DNA of 63,714 nucleotides, the filler included, from Licmophora abbreviata (lineage: Eukaryota): the NCBI GenBank assembly GCA_900291995.1. It is 18 parts of 18 records of this genome, joined end to end, with 100 filler letters (N's around TTAATTAATTAA, not from the genome) between each part and the next. Parts side by side here need not be neighbours in the genome. Positions count along the whole stretch, not along the records: positions 4,505 to 17,690 come from OLMU01002198.1; positions 17,791 to 19,972 come from OLMU01002199.1; positions 20,073 to 25,244 come from OLMU01002200.1; positions 25,345 to 29,333 come from OLMU01002202.1; 14 more parts are not named here. One strand, written 5' to 3'. The position numbers were made by a program, and so were the translations under genes. Under the pieces are notes generated by a model, which saw nothing but the letters and a program-made list of their open reading frames with translations, had not been told where the DNA came from and did not search any database. This document shows, piece after piece, positions 10,187-25,541 of this stretch (its first letter is position 1; each line of letters opens with the position of its first letter).

Positions 10187-11013
10187 TCGTGGAGAGGGTG
10201 AAAGGCGGCCTTTTGGCCTTGGCGGTCAGTCTGGGCTGTGCCGGGATGGCGCTGGCGCAGGATGCGCAGATCGAAGACCTGTCAAAGGCGCTGCGCCTGT
10301 CCGACACCGTCGCCATCATGCGCGATGAGGGGCTGGTCTATGGCCGCGATCTTGGGCTTGAGATGCTGCCCGAGGGGGATAGCGAAGGCTGGCAGGACGT
10401 CGTGTCGCGGATCCATGATGCCGACAAGATGCAGGCCTTGGTCGAAGCCGGTTTTGCCGCAGCGCTCGAGGGCGAGGATGTCGCGAAGATGCTGGCGTTT
10501 TTCACGTCGGAGCGAGGGCAAGAGATCGTCGGTCTGGAACTGGCCGCGCGGCGCGCGTTCATGGATGATGCCGTGGAAGAGGCGGCGATGGACCGGAGCG
10601 AGCGTCTGCGCGACCGGGATGCGCCGATCCTCGAGCGGATCGGGAGGCTGATCGCGGACAGCGACCTGATCGAGCGCAACGTGATGGGGGCGCTGAACAC
10701 GCAGCTTGCCTTTTACCAAGGGCTGATCGATGGCGGGGCCTTCGAGATGTCGCAGGATGATGTGCTCGCGGATGTCTGGGGGCAGGAGGACACGCTGCGC
10801 CGCGAATCGCGCGACTGGCTCAATGCGTTCTTGCTGATGGCCTATGAGCCGCTGGCGCCCGAGGATCTTGAAGCCTATGCCGAGTTCTATCGCAGCCCGG
10901 AGGGGGCGGCATTGAACTCTGCGGTTTTCGCGGCCTTCGACCGGATGTACGAAGAGCTGTCCTATCTGTTGGGACGTTCCATCGCGCAAAGGATGCAAAG
11001 CGAGAAGCTTTGA
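10183..11013 (+). CDS. Exported DUF2059-like protein (tandem paralog)
   Basis: GTG start overlapping upstream TGA; signal peptide; FFTSERG and FYRSPEG motifs. Confidence 0.72.
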   Translation: MIVERVKGGLLALAVSLGCAGMALAQDAQIEDLSKALRLSDTVAIMRDEGLVYGRDLGLEMLPEGDSEGWQDVVSRIHDADKMQALVEAGFAAALEGEDVAKMLAFFTSERGQEIVGLELAARRAFMDDAVEEAAMDRSERLRDRDAPILERIGRLIADSDLIERNVMGALNTQLAFYQGLIDGGAFEMSQDDVLADVWGQEDTLRRESRDWLNAFLLMAYEPLAPEDLEAYAEFYRSPEGAALNSAVFAAFDRMYEELSYLLGRSIAQRMQSEKL

Positions 11014-11034
11014 ACGGGAAAACCCCGCCACCCC

Positions 11035-11066
11035 CTTGACTTTGGGCGGCATCTTTTGAATAAGCG
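11035..11066 (+). promoter_or_regulatory. Putative sigma70 promoter of rplU-rpmA
   Basis: CTTGACT -35 followed by an AT-containing -10 region upstream of ribosomal protein genes. Confidence 0.5.
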
Positions 11067-11199
11067 CGCATCTCGGCAGGGTGGACTTGCACGGGACATG
11101 TAACTATCGCTCGCACTGGGCGCGCTGCTCGAGGTGGCTTTGGGCCGTAAACTCCCGAAATGGGGACCACAGAGCGCGGCAATCGAAAAGGAAACGAAG

Positions 11200-11850
11200 A
11201 TGTTCGCGGTTATGAAAACCGGTGGCAAGCAGTACAAGGTGCAGTCCGGCGACGTTCTGCGCGTTGAAAAGCTGGCAGCCGATGCCGGTGAGAAAGTTCA
11301 GTTCAACGATATCCTGATGCTGGGTGGCGATACGCCCGTCATCGGTGCGCCCTTTGTGGCGGGGGCTGCTGTGCAGGCCGAGGTCGTTGACCAGATCAAG
11401 GGTGACAAGGTCATCCACTTCGTCAAGCGCCGCCGTAAGCACGGCTCGAAGCGCACGAAGGGGCACCGCCAGCAACTGACGCTGCTGCGCGTGACCGAGA
11501 TCCTGGAGAAGGGCGCCGACAAATCCGGCGTCAAGGCCGCCGTGGGTGCGGGTTCTGTCGCAGCGGTCGCCGCTGGCGCAGCCGAAGCGAAAGCCCCGGC
11601 CAAGAAGGCCGAAAAGAAAGAGGCAGCACCGGCAAAGAAGGCCGATGCGGCTGGCGATGACCTGAAATTGCTGTCGGGCGTCGGTCCCGCGCTGGAAAAG
11701 AAGCTGCACGATTCTGGTGTGACCAGCTTCGCCCAGATCGCGGCGTGGACGGATGCGGATATTGCTGATATGGACGAGAAATTGTCGTTCAAAGGCCGGA
11801 TCGAGCGTGAAGGCTGGGTCGAACAGGCCAAAGAACTGGCCAAGGGCTAA
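11200..11850 (+). CDS. rplU: 50S ribosomal protein L21 with Ala/Lys linker and C-terminal HhH-like extension
   Basis: [14 protein letters not shown]...KGHRQ; extension [17 protein letters not shown]. Confidence 0.97.
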   Translation: MFAVMKTGGKQYKVQSGDVLRVEKLAADAGEKVQFNDILMLGGDTPVIGAPFVAGAAVQAEVVDQIKGDKVIHFVKRRRKHGSKRTKGHRQQLTLLRVTEILEKGADKSGVKAAVGAGSVAAVAAGAAEAKAPAKKAEKKEAAPAKKADAAGDDLKLLSGVGPALEKKLHDSGVTSFAQIAAWTDADIADMDEKLSFKGRIEREGWVEQAKELAKG

Positions 11851-11864
11851 AGGAGCAACACGAT

Positions 11865-12134
11865 ATGGCACATAAAAAAGCAGGCGGTTCCTCCCGTAAC
11901 GGTCGCGACTCCGCGGGTCGCCGCCTTGGCGTTAAGAAATATGGCGGCGAAGCCGTTATTCCGGGCAACATCATCGTGCGTCAGCGCGGAAACAAGTTCT
12001 GGCCGGGCGCCGGCGTGGGGCAGGGCAAGGATCACACCCTGTTCGCCTTGGAAGAGGGCGCCGTGAAGTTCCACAAGGGGCTGAAGGGTCGGAAATTTAT
12101 TTCGGTGCTGCCAGTCGCGGAGGCGGCCGAGTAA
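11865..12134 (+). CDS. rpmA: 50S ribosomal protein L27
   Basis: [24 protein letters not shown]. Confidence 0.99.
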   Translation: MAHKKAGGSSRNGRDSAGRRLGVKKYGGEAVIPGNIIVRQRGNKFWPGAGVGQGKDHTLFALEEGAVKFHKGLKGRKFISVLPVAEAAE

Positions 12135-12161
12135 GCCAATCCTGACAGGGTTCAGAAATTG

Positions 12162-12196
12162 GGGGATCGGCGGAACCGCCGGTCCCTTTTCTTTTT
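12162..12196 (+). terminator. Rho-independent terminator after rpmA
   Basis: GGGGATCGGCGG-AA-CCGCCGGTCCCT hairpin followed by TTTCTTTTT. Confidence 0.8.
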
Positions 12197-12285
12197 CCGT
12201 CGGTCCGGATTTGAGGAGGTCGGGACCAGACCGTGGATGGCGGGCGCTGCGGTGATGACGGATACCAGCAGGTGGAGGAGAGAGT

Positions 12286-12825
12286 ATGAAACATGATCTG
12301 ATCGTGAGCCAGCCGATGATCGAGACCGAGCGTTTCGATCTGAGGCCGCTGCGGCTGTCGGATAGCGGCTTGATCGATCTGCACGCGGGCGATGCGCGTG
12401 TGGCCAAGGCAACCACCTCGATCCCGCATCCGTTGCCGCCGGGCACGACCGAGGCGTTCATCGCGCGGGCCCAATCCGCGAACCGGACGGAAGATGTCTG
12501 GACGATGGATGGCACGAAATCGGGCGGTCCCGAGGTGATGGGCGTGATCAGTCTTGACCGGCTGGAGCGGGGGCAATGCGAGATTTCGTTCTGGGTGGCA
12601 CCTGCCTATTGGAATACCGGGGTGGCGTCTGCGGCTGTTGCGGCCCTCATCGGGGCCAATCCGCTGGAGTGCCGCACGATCTTTGCCACGGTTTTTCAGG
12701 ACAATCCGGCTTCGGCGCGGGTTCTGACGAATTCGGGGTTCGAATATCTGGGGGATGCTGAGACATTCTCGGTTGCAAGAAACGCAAAGGTTCCGACATG
12801 GACCTACAGCCTCAAAATGGATTGA
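12286..12825 (+). CDS. GNAT (RimJ/RimL-type) N-acetyltransferase
   Basis: IETERF.LRP, YWNTGVAS, DNPASARVL motifs; GGAGGAG RBS. Confidence 0.88.
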   Translation: MKHDLIVSQPMIETERFDLRPLRLSDSGLIDLHAGDARVAKATTSIPHPLPPGTTEAFIARAQSANRTEDVWTMDGTKSGGPEVMGVISLDRLERGQCEISFWVAPAYWNTGVASAAVAALIGANPLECRTIFATVFQDNPASARVLTNSGFEYLGDAETFSVARNAKVPTWTYSLKMD

Positions 12826-12847
12826 GGCCGACCACGCCTTTGCATAA

Positions 12848-14988
<2,141 letters not shown>

Positions 14989-15032
14989 GGCGCACCAATG
15001 GTAGTCTTTGCGCAAACCGAAAGGACATTCGG

Positions 15033-16298
15033 ATGAAAGATCACGGTGACATCCCTCAGTTGATGGCCGATATCGGACAGCGCGCCAAGGCGGCGGCGGT
15101 CGAGCTGTCGGTTGCCAGCTCAGAGGCCAAGCGCCATGCGCTTGAGGCGGCGGCGGATGCCGTGTGGGCGCAGCGCAGCGAGATCATTACGGCCAACGGC
15201 AAGGATCTGGACTATGGCCGGGACAAGGGGTTGTCCGAGGCGATGATGGACCGGCTGCTGTTGTCGGAGGATCGGATCGCGGGCATCGTCGAGGGGCTTC
15301 GCGCGGTGGCGGCACAGGACGATCCCGTGGGCGAAGTACTGGCGGAATGGGACATGGCGTCGGGTATTCACATTCGCCGGGTGCGCACCCCGCTTGGCGT
15401 GATCGGCGTGATCTATGAAAGCCGGCCCAATGTGACGGCGGATGCGGGGGCGCTGTGCCTGAAGTCCGGCAATGCCGTCATCCTGCGGGGCGGGTCGGAA
15501 AGCTTCCACTCATCAGGCGCGATCCACGCCTGCCTCGTGGAGGGGTTGAGGTCGGCAGGATTACCCGAGGATGCGATCCAGCTGGTTCCCACCCGCGATC
15601 GCGCCGCCGTTCAGGAAATGCTGACCATGGTCGACACGATAGACGTGATCGTTCCGCGCGGCGGCAAGGGGCTTGTGGGGCTGGTGCAGCGCGAAGCGCG
15701 GGTGCCGGTCTTTGCCCATCTCGAAGGGATCGTGCATATCTATATCGATCGTGATGCGGACCCGGAAAAGGCGCTCAAGGTCGTTCTCAATGCCAAAACC
15801 CGCCGCACGGGGATTTGCGGTGCCGCCGAATGCCTGCTCATTCACCGCGATGTGGTGGACACGATCGGTCAGGGCGTGATCCGCGCGCTGATGGATGCCG
15901 GTGTGGAGGTGCGCGCCGATGCGACGCTCAAGGCCATCGCAGGCACGCAGGCGGCAACGGAAGAGGATTGGGGCCGCGAATATCTTGATTCGATCATCGC
16001 CGTGAAAGTGGTGGAGGACGAAGAGGGCGCGATTGCCCATATCCGGCGCTACGGCTCTCAGCATACCGATTGCATCATCACCGAGAACGATGAAGCGGCC
16101 GAGATGTTCTTTCGTCGTCTGGATAGCGCCATCCTCATGCGCAACACCTCGACCCAATTCGCCGATGGCGGAGAGTTCGGCATGGGCGCCGAGATCGGTA
16201 TCGCGACCGGCAAGCTTCATGCGCGAGGGCCGGTTGGGGCGGCGCAACTGACCAGTTTCAAATATCTGGTCGAAGGCGACGGGGTTGTTCGGCGCTAA
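15033..16298 (+). CDS. proA: Gamma-glutamyl phosphate reductase
   Basis: [39 protein letters not shown]. Confidence 0.97.
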   Translation: MKDHGDIPQLMADIGQRAKAAAVELSVASSEAKRHALEAAADAVWAQRSEIITANGKDLDYGRDKGLSEAMMDRLLLSEDRIAGIVEGLRAVAAQDDPVGEVLAEWDMASGIHIRRVRTPLGVIGVIYESRPNVTADAGALCLKSGNAVILRGGSESFHSSGAIHACLVEGLRSAGLPEDAIQLVPTRDRAAVQEMLTMVDTIDVIVPRGGKGLVGLVQREARVPVFAHLEGIVHIYIDRDADPEKALKVVLNAKTRRTGICGAAECLLIHRDVVDTIGQGVIRALMDAGVEVRADATLKAIAGTQAATEEDWGREYLDSIIAVKVVEDEEGAIAHIRRYGSQHTDCIITENDEAAEMFFRRLDSAILMRNTSTQFADGGEFGMGAEIGIATGKLHARGPVGAAQLTSFKYLVEGDGVVRR

Positions 16299-16894
16299 AC
16301 CGTGATCCGCGCGCTGTCTTCTGTCAGGCTGCAGGCGCAGGTCCTGCCCAGATCCGTCAGGATCAGCGGGAGAAGCAAGAACTGCACCGCCGCCGGGGGA
16401 ATGTCTTGCGGTATCGGTTGCCCGGTCAGGCTTCCCCACAGTCCCGGATCGACGCGCAGGCGGGGGCTTCGGGCTTCGATCTGCCAATGCTCACCGACCT
16501 CATGAACCCGCAACTGCCCCCCGACACCCAGCCCGTGCTCGGCGCACAGAACAGCAAGCAGAACGGCTTGGGCCATGGCGCGCGGCAGGCTTGTGCTAAG
16601 GGTGGTCTCGATCTCGATCCGGGTGCCGCTGTAGATCGCGTTGAGGATCTCGTTCACCTCTTCGGCGGCGACCATCTGAGTGTCGGAGGCGATGCCGAAT
16701 GTCAGTCGAAAAAAGCGGATGCGGGCTTTGGCATGTGCGGCGCTTTCACTGACCAAAGCCATTTCAGGACCGTCCGACGTGCCGGCAAACTGCATCGGCT
16801 CCATCCCGTTCGCCCCGGCGCCGATCGGACTGATGAGATCATGACAGATGCGCGAGGCTGTCAGGGCGGCTATGTTATGGGTATGGTAGGGCAT
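16295..16894 (-). CDS. chpT: Histidine phosphotransferase ChpT
   Basis: [13 protein letters not shown] phospho-His motif, ARIRFFR.FG; proA/DUF3553 neighbourhood typical of the family. Confidence 0.88.
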   Translation of the reverse strand: MPYHTHNIAALTASRICHDLISPIGAGANGMEPMQFAGTSDGPEMALVSESAAHAKARIRFFRLTFGIASDTQMVAAEEVNEILNAIYSGTRIEIETTLSTSLPRAMAQAVLLAVLCAEHGLGVGGQLRVHEVGEHWQIEARSPRLRVDPGLWGSLTGQPIPQDIPPAAVQFLLLPLILTDLGRTCACSLTEDSARITV

Positions 16895-16923
16895 GGGGCT
16901 CACTCCGGAAGGCGGGTGCATAG

Positions 16924-17106
16924 ATGACGGAACTCAATTCGCTGCTCGAACCCGGGATGCTGGTGACGCATCCACAACAACCCGATTGGGGCGTGGGGCA
17001 AGTGCAGTCCAATATCGGCGGGCGCATCACTGTGAACTTTCGCGAGGTCGGCAAGATGGTGATCGACGGGAGTCGCATCTCTCTTGTCATGGTTATTGAA
17101 GACTGA
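16924..17106 (+). CDS. DUF3553-family small protein
   Basis: LEPGMLVTHP..PDWG.GQVQS..RITVNF signature; divergent from chpT. Confidence 0.85.
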   Translation: MTELNSLLEPGMLVTHPQQPDWGVGQVQSNIGGRITVNFREVGKMVIDGSRISLVMVIED

Positions 17107-17111
17107 AGGCG

Positions 17112-17127
17112 GTTACCAAATCATTAA
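17112..17127 (-). promoter_or_regulatory. Putative CtrA box upstream of chpT
   Basis: Minus strand TTAA-TGATTTG-GTAAC, one mismatch from TTAA-N7-TTAAC. Confidence 0.6.
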
Positions 17128-17221
17128 TGGAAAGCTGGCCGCCGGGACCTGACCGCAGAACGTTGCCATCACGCCATGGCTTGACTAAAACCCCGGAAAT
17201 GACCGATGGGATCCGAGGCAG

Positions 17222-18092
17222 ATGGAGTCGGAAAACGGCCCGCAGTTTCGCGTAAAGCTGGCGAGTACCGACGCGGAACTGCGCGCGGCGCAGCGCCTGA
17301 GATATCGCGTTTTTGTCGAGGAACTGGGCGGTGACGGACCGATGGTGGATCACGATTCCGGTCTTGAACGGGACAGGTTCGATCCGTTTTTCGAGCATCT
17401 CATCCTTCTGGACGAGGCAAAAAATAACGCTGTCGTAGGGGTTTACCGGCTCTTGCGCGATGATCGGGCACAGCGGGCCGGGCAATTCTATTCCGAGGAT
17501 GAGTATGATCTTGGCGTACTGAAGCGATCCGGGCGCCGGTTGATGGAGTTGGGGCGCTCCTGCCTTGATCCGGAGTATCGCGGTGGGGCGGCGATGCTGC
17601 ATCTGTGGAACGGGCTTGGACACTATATCGCCACCCATGACATCGAGATCCTGTTTGGTGTCGCCAGTTTTCACGGCACCGATCCGCAGTNNNNNNNNNN
17701 NNNNNNNNNNNNNNNNNNNNNNNNNNNNNNNNNNTTAATTAATTAANNNNNNNNNNNNNNNNNNNNNNNNNNNNNNNNNNNNNNNNNNNNCTTTGGCCCA
17801 ACCCCTGTCCTTGCTGCATCATCGCTATCTCGCGCCGTCCGAATTGCGGGTCAGGGCGCGTGAGGATCATTTCCAGGCGATGGACCTCATCCCGGAAGCG
17901 GAGCTTGATCGCAGGGCTGCGATGTTGCAAGTGCCGGCGTTGATCAAGGCCTATCTGCGATTGGGTGGCCATGTCGGCGAGGGCGCCTTTGTCGACCATA
18001 GTTTCAACACCACGGATATCTGTCTGGTGATGGATACAAGCCGTATGAGCGACCGGAACAAAAGCATTTATAAAAAACGGGTTACACTGTGA
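17222..18092 (+). CDS. olsB: Ornithine N-acyltransferase (GNAT), split by gap 17691-17790
   Basis: AQRLRYRVF, ELGRSC, FGVASF, PALIKAYLRLGG, D..FNTTD; adjacent to acyltransferase. Confidence 0.85.
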
Positions 18093-18931
18093 CATTCACG
18101 TGGACTGGTCACGGTGAAGAGCCACCTCCAAGCGCCGCTCCGGGGCTGGGTGGCTGGCTGCGCGTGATCCGACGCGGGGGGGCTCTGGCGATGGTGCTGG
18201 TGGCGGGTGTCGTGCTGATGTTGCTGGTGCGCGGCGTTGAACGTCCGCTCTTCGGATTGGGCCGGCCCTGGACGCCGTATATCACGCAATGGGTCTGCCG
18301 GGCGGCGTTCGTGATCCTGGGGATGCGCCACGACACGCGCGGGCAGCCCATGCAGGCGCATGGCGCTGTGGTGGCTAACCATTCGTCCTGGCTTGATATT
18401 TTCGCCCTCAATGCGCGCAAGCGGATCTATTTTGTCTCGAAATCCGAGGTCGCGGGCTGGCCCGGGATCGGCACGCTGGCGCGGATTACCGGGACAGTGT
18501 TCATCAACCGCACCCCGAAAGAAGCCAAATCTCAACGCGATATGTTCGAGGCGCGCCTGCAGGCGGGGCACAAGCTGCTGTTCTTTCCCGAAGGGACATC
18601 CACTGATGGAATGCGGGTTTTGCCTTTCAAATCAACGCTTTTTCAGGCGTTCTTCAGTCAAAACATCATCCATGACCTGCATATCCAGCCCGTGACCGTG
18701 ATCTATCGGGCGCCAAGGGCCGAAGACCCGCGCTTTTACGGCTGGTGGGGCGATATGGAGTTCGGGGGACATCTGCTGAAAACCCTTGCGGCAAAGCGTC
18801 AGGGCGGGGTCACGGTGGTCTATCACCCCCCCGTCAGGGTTGAGGCGTTCGCCGATCGCAAGGCGCTCGCCGCGCATGTCGAAGAGGTGGTGCGCAGCGC
18901 CATGCCCGAGGATCGGCGCGCGCCCGGCTGA
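18089..18931 (+). CDS. olsA: Lyso-ornithine lipid / lysophospholipid acyltransferase
   Basis: NHSSWLD and FPEGTS motifs; GTG overlaps the olsB stop. Confidence 0.85.
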   Translation: MTFTWTGHGEEPPPSAAPGLGGWLRVIRRGGALAMVLVAGVVLMLLVRGVERPLFGLGRPWTPYITQWVCRAAFVILGMRHDTRGQPMQAHGAVVANHSSWLDIFALNARKRIYFVSKSEVAGWPGIGTLARITGTVFINRTPKEAKSQRDMFEARLQAGHKLLFFPEGTSTDGMRVLPFKSTLFQAFFSQNIIHDLHIQPVTVIYRAPRAEDPRFYGWWGDMEFGGHLLKTLAAKRQGGVTVVYHPPVRVEAFADRKALAAHVEEVVRSAMPEDRRAPG

Positions 18932-18933
18932 GA

Positions 18934-19015
18934 TGTGTGCGATTTGTACGAAACCGACACGCGTTTGCGACCAACCGCGTGTCATTTACCGAAATTTGTG
19001 TCCATCCCGTACACA
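18934..19015 (+). repeat. 82-bp intergenic element, copy C
   Basis: 61/82 identical (hand count) and gap-free versus 47471-47552; lies between convergent olsA and thiE-like genes. Confidence 0.82.
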
Positions 19016-19040
19016 AACAGGCGCAAAAACCGGCCCCGGA

Positions 19041-19661
19041 TCACCCCATGGCCGCGATCAGAGCGGCAAGGGCGCCGGCGGGATCCTCGGCGTTCCAGAT
19101 CTCATCTCCGATGCCAAAGAAATCCGTGACCGGGGCCAGATCGGCGATCAGGCGCGCATCGAGGGCCCCTTCGGCCACCACCGGCAGTTCGATCATATGC
19201 GACCACCAGTCGAAGAGCTCATGTTCGGCCATCGACCCGTCACCAAGCGCCGAGGCACCGACGGGTCCGAAGCTGATGTAGTCGGCGCCCGCCTCGCCGG
19301 CTGAGATGCCTTCATGACGCGAGGTTCCGCAAAACGCGCCGATGATGGCGTCGGTTCCCAGCTCCTTGCGGGCCTTGCGCACCGAGCGCGCCCCGTCGGT
19401 CAGATGCACGCCATCGAGCCCAAGGCGCTCGACCAGCATGATGTGGCTGTCGATCACCAGCGCCACGTCACGCGCATGGGTCACCTCGCGGCAGGCATCT
19501 GCGGCGCGCGCCAGCCGGTCCTCGTCGCGGGTGGCCATGGCCAGACGCACGCAGGCGATCTCCTGCGCGTCCAGAACCGCCGCCAGCTGGTCGGGAAAGT
19601 CCGACAGCTCGAAATCGGGTGGTGTGATGAGATAGATCTGCGGCTGCTCGGTTTCGGCCAT
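19041..19661 (-). CDS. Thiamine-phosphate synthase family protein
   Basis: IYLITP, LDGVHL, GADYISFGP, PVVAEG. Confidence 0.82.
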   Translation of the reverse strand: MAETEQPQIYLITPPDFELSDFPDQLAAVLDAQEIACVRLAMATRDEDRLARAADACREVTHARDVALVIDSHIMLVERLGLDGVHLTDGARSVRKARKELGTDAIIGAFCGTSRHEGISAGEAGADYISFGPVGASALGDGSMAEHELFDWWSHMIELPVVAEGALDARLIADLAPVTDFFGIGDEIWNAEDPAGALAALIAAMG

Positions 19662-19737
19662 GGTCTTGTCCTGACGTTTCTTTGCGCCCCTATAGCCCGG
19701 ATCAAGGGGGCAGGCCAAGCGCAGGTTGCGCGCGCGT

Positions 19738-19892
19738 CTCTTTCGGCGCGAAATATTCCGGCGGTGTCTTTCGATGAGTATTTCCAGAACGATGAAGGGG
19801 GCGTCGCGCGCGTTTCTTCTGGCCGGAAATATCCCGGGGGAGGCGTTGAAATCCCCCTTCAGGGATTTCAACGTCGGGGGCTGGCCCCCCTG
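19738..19892. repeat. Cluster of palindromic intergenic repeat-like units
   Basis: Three related heads (CTTTCGGCGCGAAATATTCC; inverted CTTCATCGTTCTGGAAATACTC; CTTCTGGCCGGAAATATCCC) plus perfect 12-bp stem CGTTGAAATCCC/GGGATTTCAACG at 19844-19873. Confidence 0.6.
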
Positions 19893-19901
19893 CGCCGATG
19901 A

Positions 19902-22383
<2,482 letters not shown>

Positions 22384-22407
22384 AGCGCGGTTGCGGGGCG
22401 GTGAGCC

Positions 22408-23574
22408 ATGACCCCCGAGGCGCGCATTCAGGCCGCAATCGAGGTGCTGGACGGGGTTCTGGCGGGCGATGCGGCTGAAAAGGCGCTGACCTCATGGGGG
22501 CGGCGGTCGCGCTTTGCGGGCTCGAAGGACCGCGCGGCTGTGCGCGATCACGTGTTTCAGGCGCTGCGGTGCAAGCGGTCCTATGCCTGTCTGGGCGGGG
22601 CCGAGACCGGGCGCGGGCTGATGCTGGGCGCGCTGCGCGCGGGCGAAGTGGCGCCTGAGACGGTGTTCACGGGGCAGGGCCATGCGCCCGAGGTGCTGAG
22701 CCAGGACGAAGCGGCGGGCGGTGCTGCGCCGGTGACGGCGGGCGACCGGCTTGATCTGCCGGACTGGATGGTGCCGCTTTTCGAGGCGGCGCTCGGGGAT
22801 GGGGCCGAGGCGGCGGCGCGGATGCTGCGCGAGCGGGCGCCAGTGTGCTTGCGGGTCAATATTCGCATGAACTCCGTCCCTGACGTCATTGAAAAGATGA
22901 TGACAATCGGGATTTCGGTTCGTCGGGCTGAGATCGCCGAAGAGGCGTTGATCGTGACCGAGGGCGCGCGCAAGGTGGCGCAATCGGAGCTCTATGCGAC
23001 GGGCGGCATCGAGCTGCAGGACGGCGCAAGCCAGGCGGCGATGGCGGCGTTGGAGATCGCACCGGGCGCGCGCGTGCTTGATTACTGCGCAGGCGGCGGT
23101 GGCAAGACGCTGGCGCTTGCCGCGCGGCATAATGCGCATTGGGTCGCCCATGACGCCGATCCGCGGCGGATGGCCGATCTTCCGGCGCGCGCGGGGCGCG
23201 CGGGCGTCGCGGTGACGCGGCTGGAAGGGCGGGATCTGGCTGCGGCGGGGCTGTTCGATCTGGTGCTGTGCGATGTGCCCTGTTCGGGCAGCGGCACATG
23301 GCGGCGCGCGCCGGATGCCAAGTGGCGGCTGACGCCGGAGCGGCTTGATGCGCTTTGCGCGATCCAGAGCGAGATCTTGAAGAGCGCCGCGGCGCTGGTG
23401 GCCCCCGGCGGGCAGCTGGTGCTGACCACATGCTCGGTGTTTCGCTGCGAGAACGAGGATCAGAGCGACGGATTTTTGCAGACCCATCCCGAATGGGGCG
23501 AAACCCTGCGCCGCCGCTGGCCGGTATCGGCCGAGGGCGACGGGTTTTTTCTGTCGGTTTTCAAGAGGATATGA
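22408..23574 (+). CDS. RsmB/NOP family RNA m5C methyltransferase
   Basis: QDGASQ, DYCAGGGGKT, DVPCSGSG, TCS, DGFF. Confidence 0.92.
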   Translation: MTPEARIQAAIEVLDGVLAGDAAEKALTSWGRRSRFAGSKDRAAVRDHVFQALRCKRSYACLGGAETGRGLMLGALRAGEVAPETVFTGQGHAPEVLSQDEAAGGAAPVTAGDRLDLPDWMVPLFEAALGDGAEAAARMLRERAPVCLRVNIRMNSVPDVIEKMMTIGISVRRAEIAEEALIVTEGARKVAQSELYATGGIELQDGASQAAMAALEIAPGARVLDYCAGGGGKTLALAARHNAHWVAHDADPRRMADLPARAGRAGVAVTRLEGRDLAAAGLFDLVLCDVPCSGSGTWRRAPDAKWRLTPERLDALCAIQSEILKSAAALVAPGGQLVLTTCSVFRCENEDQSDGFLQTHPEWGETLRRRWPVSAEGDGFFLSVFKRI

Positions 23575-23619
23575 GGCGCGGTTATATGCGCCCGAAAGCC
23601 CGCCCAAAAAAGGTTCCGC

Positions 23620-23635
23620 GTTAACACCTGTTTAA
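23620..23635. promoter_or_regulatory. Perfect CtrA box upstream of cckA
   Basis: GTTAA-CACCTGT-TTAA = TTAA-N7-TTAAC on the minus strand, about 50 bp before the likely start. Confidence 0.85.
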
Positions 23636-23687
23636 GTCGTTTCGTGCACACTGTCTTGGACGCGAGGTGCAAGACGAGTGTGACAAG

Positions 23688-25244
23688 GTGGCAGAGACGA
23701 CGCAATTCATTCTGCCGGTGCGGCGGGCGGTAACGGAGCTGCGGCCCCGTGCGGGGCTTCTTGTTCTGTCGGCGGCTCTTTTTGCGGCAACGGGGTGGCT
23801 GCTCGGGCCGGGGCCGGGGCAAGCGGTGCTGTTTCTGGTGGCCGGAACGCTGGCGATGTGCGCAGGCTGGAGCCATGTGATCGCCCGCGCCGGGCAAAGA
23901 GTGCACGACAGCGCGCGCGGTGCGTTTTCCGGCATGTTCGATCATGACAGCGCGCCCAGCCTTGTGGCGGATGGCGACGGGCGTCTGGTCTATGTCAACC
24001 CCGCAGCGGCGGAGCAGCTTCTTACCGACCGCGCCACAACGCTGGTCGCGGCCTTGCGGGGCTGTCTGGCCGATCCGGGGCTGATTCTTTTTCGTCTTGA
24101 AAGCCGGGCGCGGGCCACCGGCGCCGCGCAGGAAGATGTGGTGACCCGGAGCGGTCATCTGCGGATCAGTGCGCATCGGGTGGGCGATGATCTGCTGCTC
24201 TGGCGAGTCGAGAAATCCGCTGACCGGCCGCAATCCCAAGGCGACGCCAGCCCTTTGCCGATGCTAACGGTGGGGCGCAATGACACGATCCTGTTCATGA
24301 ACGCGGCGGCTCGCCATCTGGTGGGCGACCGGCTGCGTTCGCTCGATCAGCTGTGCCCGGAGCGTCCGCTGCGCTCCGGGGCGATGAATGCAATCACCAC
24401 GCGCGACGGCCCGCAATCATGTCTGATGGTCGAATTGGAAGGTGTGGCGGGGCGCCGTGAAGTGTTCCTTTTACCGGGGATCGCCGCGCCGGAATACCAG
24501 CCGGACGGGTGGGCGTTTTTCGATGAATTGCCGGTGCCCTTGCTGAAACTGGCGGCGACGGGTGAGGTGCAGCTGTCCAACCGGCCTGCGCGCGACCTGC
24601 TTGGCGTGGATCGGTGTCAAAATGTCCGGCTCGGGGATCTGATGGAAGGATTGGGCCGGCCGATCACGGATTGGCTGGGCGATGCGGCTGCGGGCCGCGG
24701 CACGGTGCATTCGGAATTCATGCGCATGCGGCGCGACGACAAGGAAGTCTTTGCGCAAGTGTCGCTCAATCGTGTGGTTGAAGACGGGCAAGCGGTGCTG
24801 ATCGCGGTGCTCAGCGATGCGACCAAGCTCAAATCGCTGGAAGCGCAGTTCGTCCAGTCTCAGAAAATGCAGGCCATTGGCCAGCTTGCCGGGGGCGTGG
24901 CGCATGACTTCAACAATCTTCTGACGGCGATCTCAGGGCATTGCGACCTGCTGTTGTTGCGCCACGATCAGGGGGATGGCGATTATGCCGATCTCGTGCA
25001 GATCAGTCAGAATGCCAACCGGGCCGCGGCACTGGTCAGCCAGTTGCTGGCCTATTCCCGCAAGCAGACGTTGCGCCCGGAAATCATGGACCTGCGCGAT
25101 ATGCTGGCGGATCTGACCCATCTTCTCAATCGGCTTGTCGGCGAGAAGGTGAGCCTGATCCTGCGGCATGATCCGGTTCTGGCGCGCATTCGCGCGGACA
25201 AGCGGCAGTTGGAGCAGGTGTTGATGAACCTCGTGGTGAATGCG
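23688..25244 (+). CDS. cckA: Hybrid histidine kinase CckA (3' part lost in gap)
   Basis: Two TM helices, PAS-like regions, QKMQAIGQLAGGVAHDFNNLL; rsmB-cckA-recA synteny. Start uncertain (23667 or 23688). Confidence 0.88.
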
Positions 25245-25541
25245 NNNNNNNNNNNNNNNNNNNNNNNNNNNNNNNNNNNNNNNNNNNNTTAATTAATTAA
25301 NNNNNNNNNNNNNNNNNNNNNNNNNNNNNNNNNNNNNNNNNNNNATCGCTGACGATCATGGCGGCATGGGGCGCTAGTGCCGCCTGATAGGCCGTGGAGC
25401 CTGTCTTCGGCACGGACAAGAACACCAGCCTAGCCTTTGAAAACACGAGCATTTCCGCCCAATCCCCCACTCGACAACAGATTTTGGCGCCTGTTTACGG
25501 CTTTTTAATCACTGCATGAAAAACTGGGCCTTGTGAACAAA

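Noticed and set aside
25345..25390. Short coding-like tail after the gap (…SLTIMAAWGASAA*)
   Set aside because: Does not resemble a CckA receiver C-terminus and is too short to assign.
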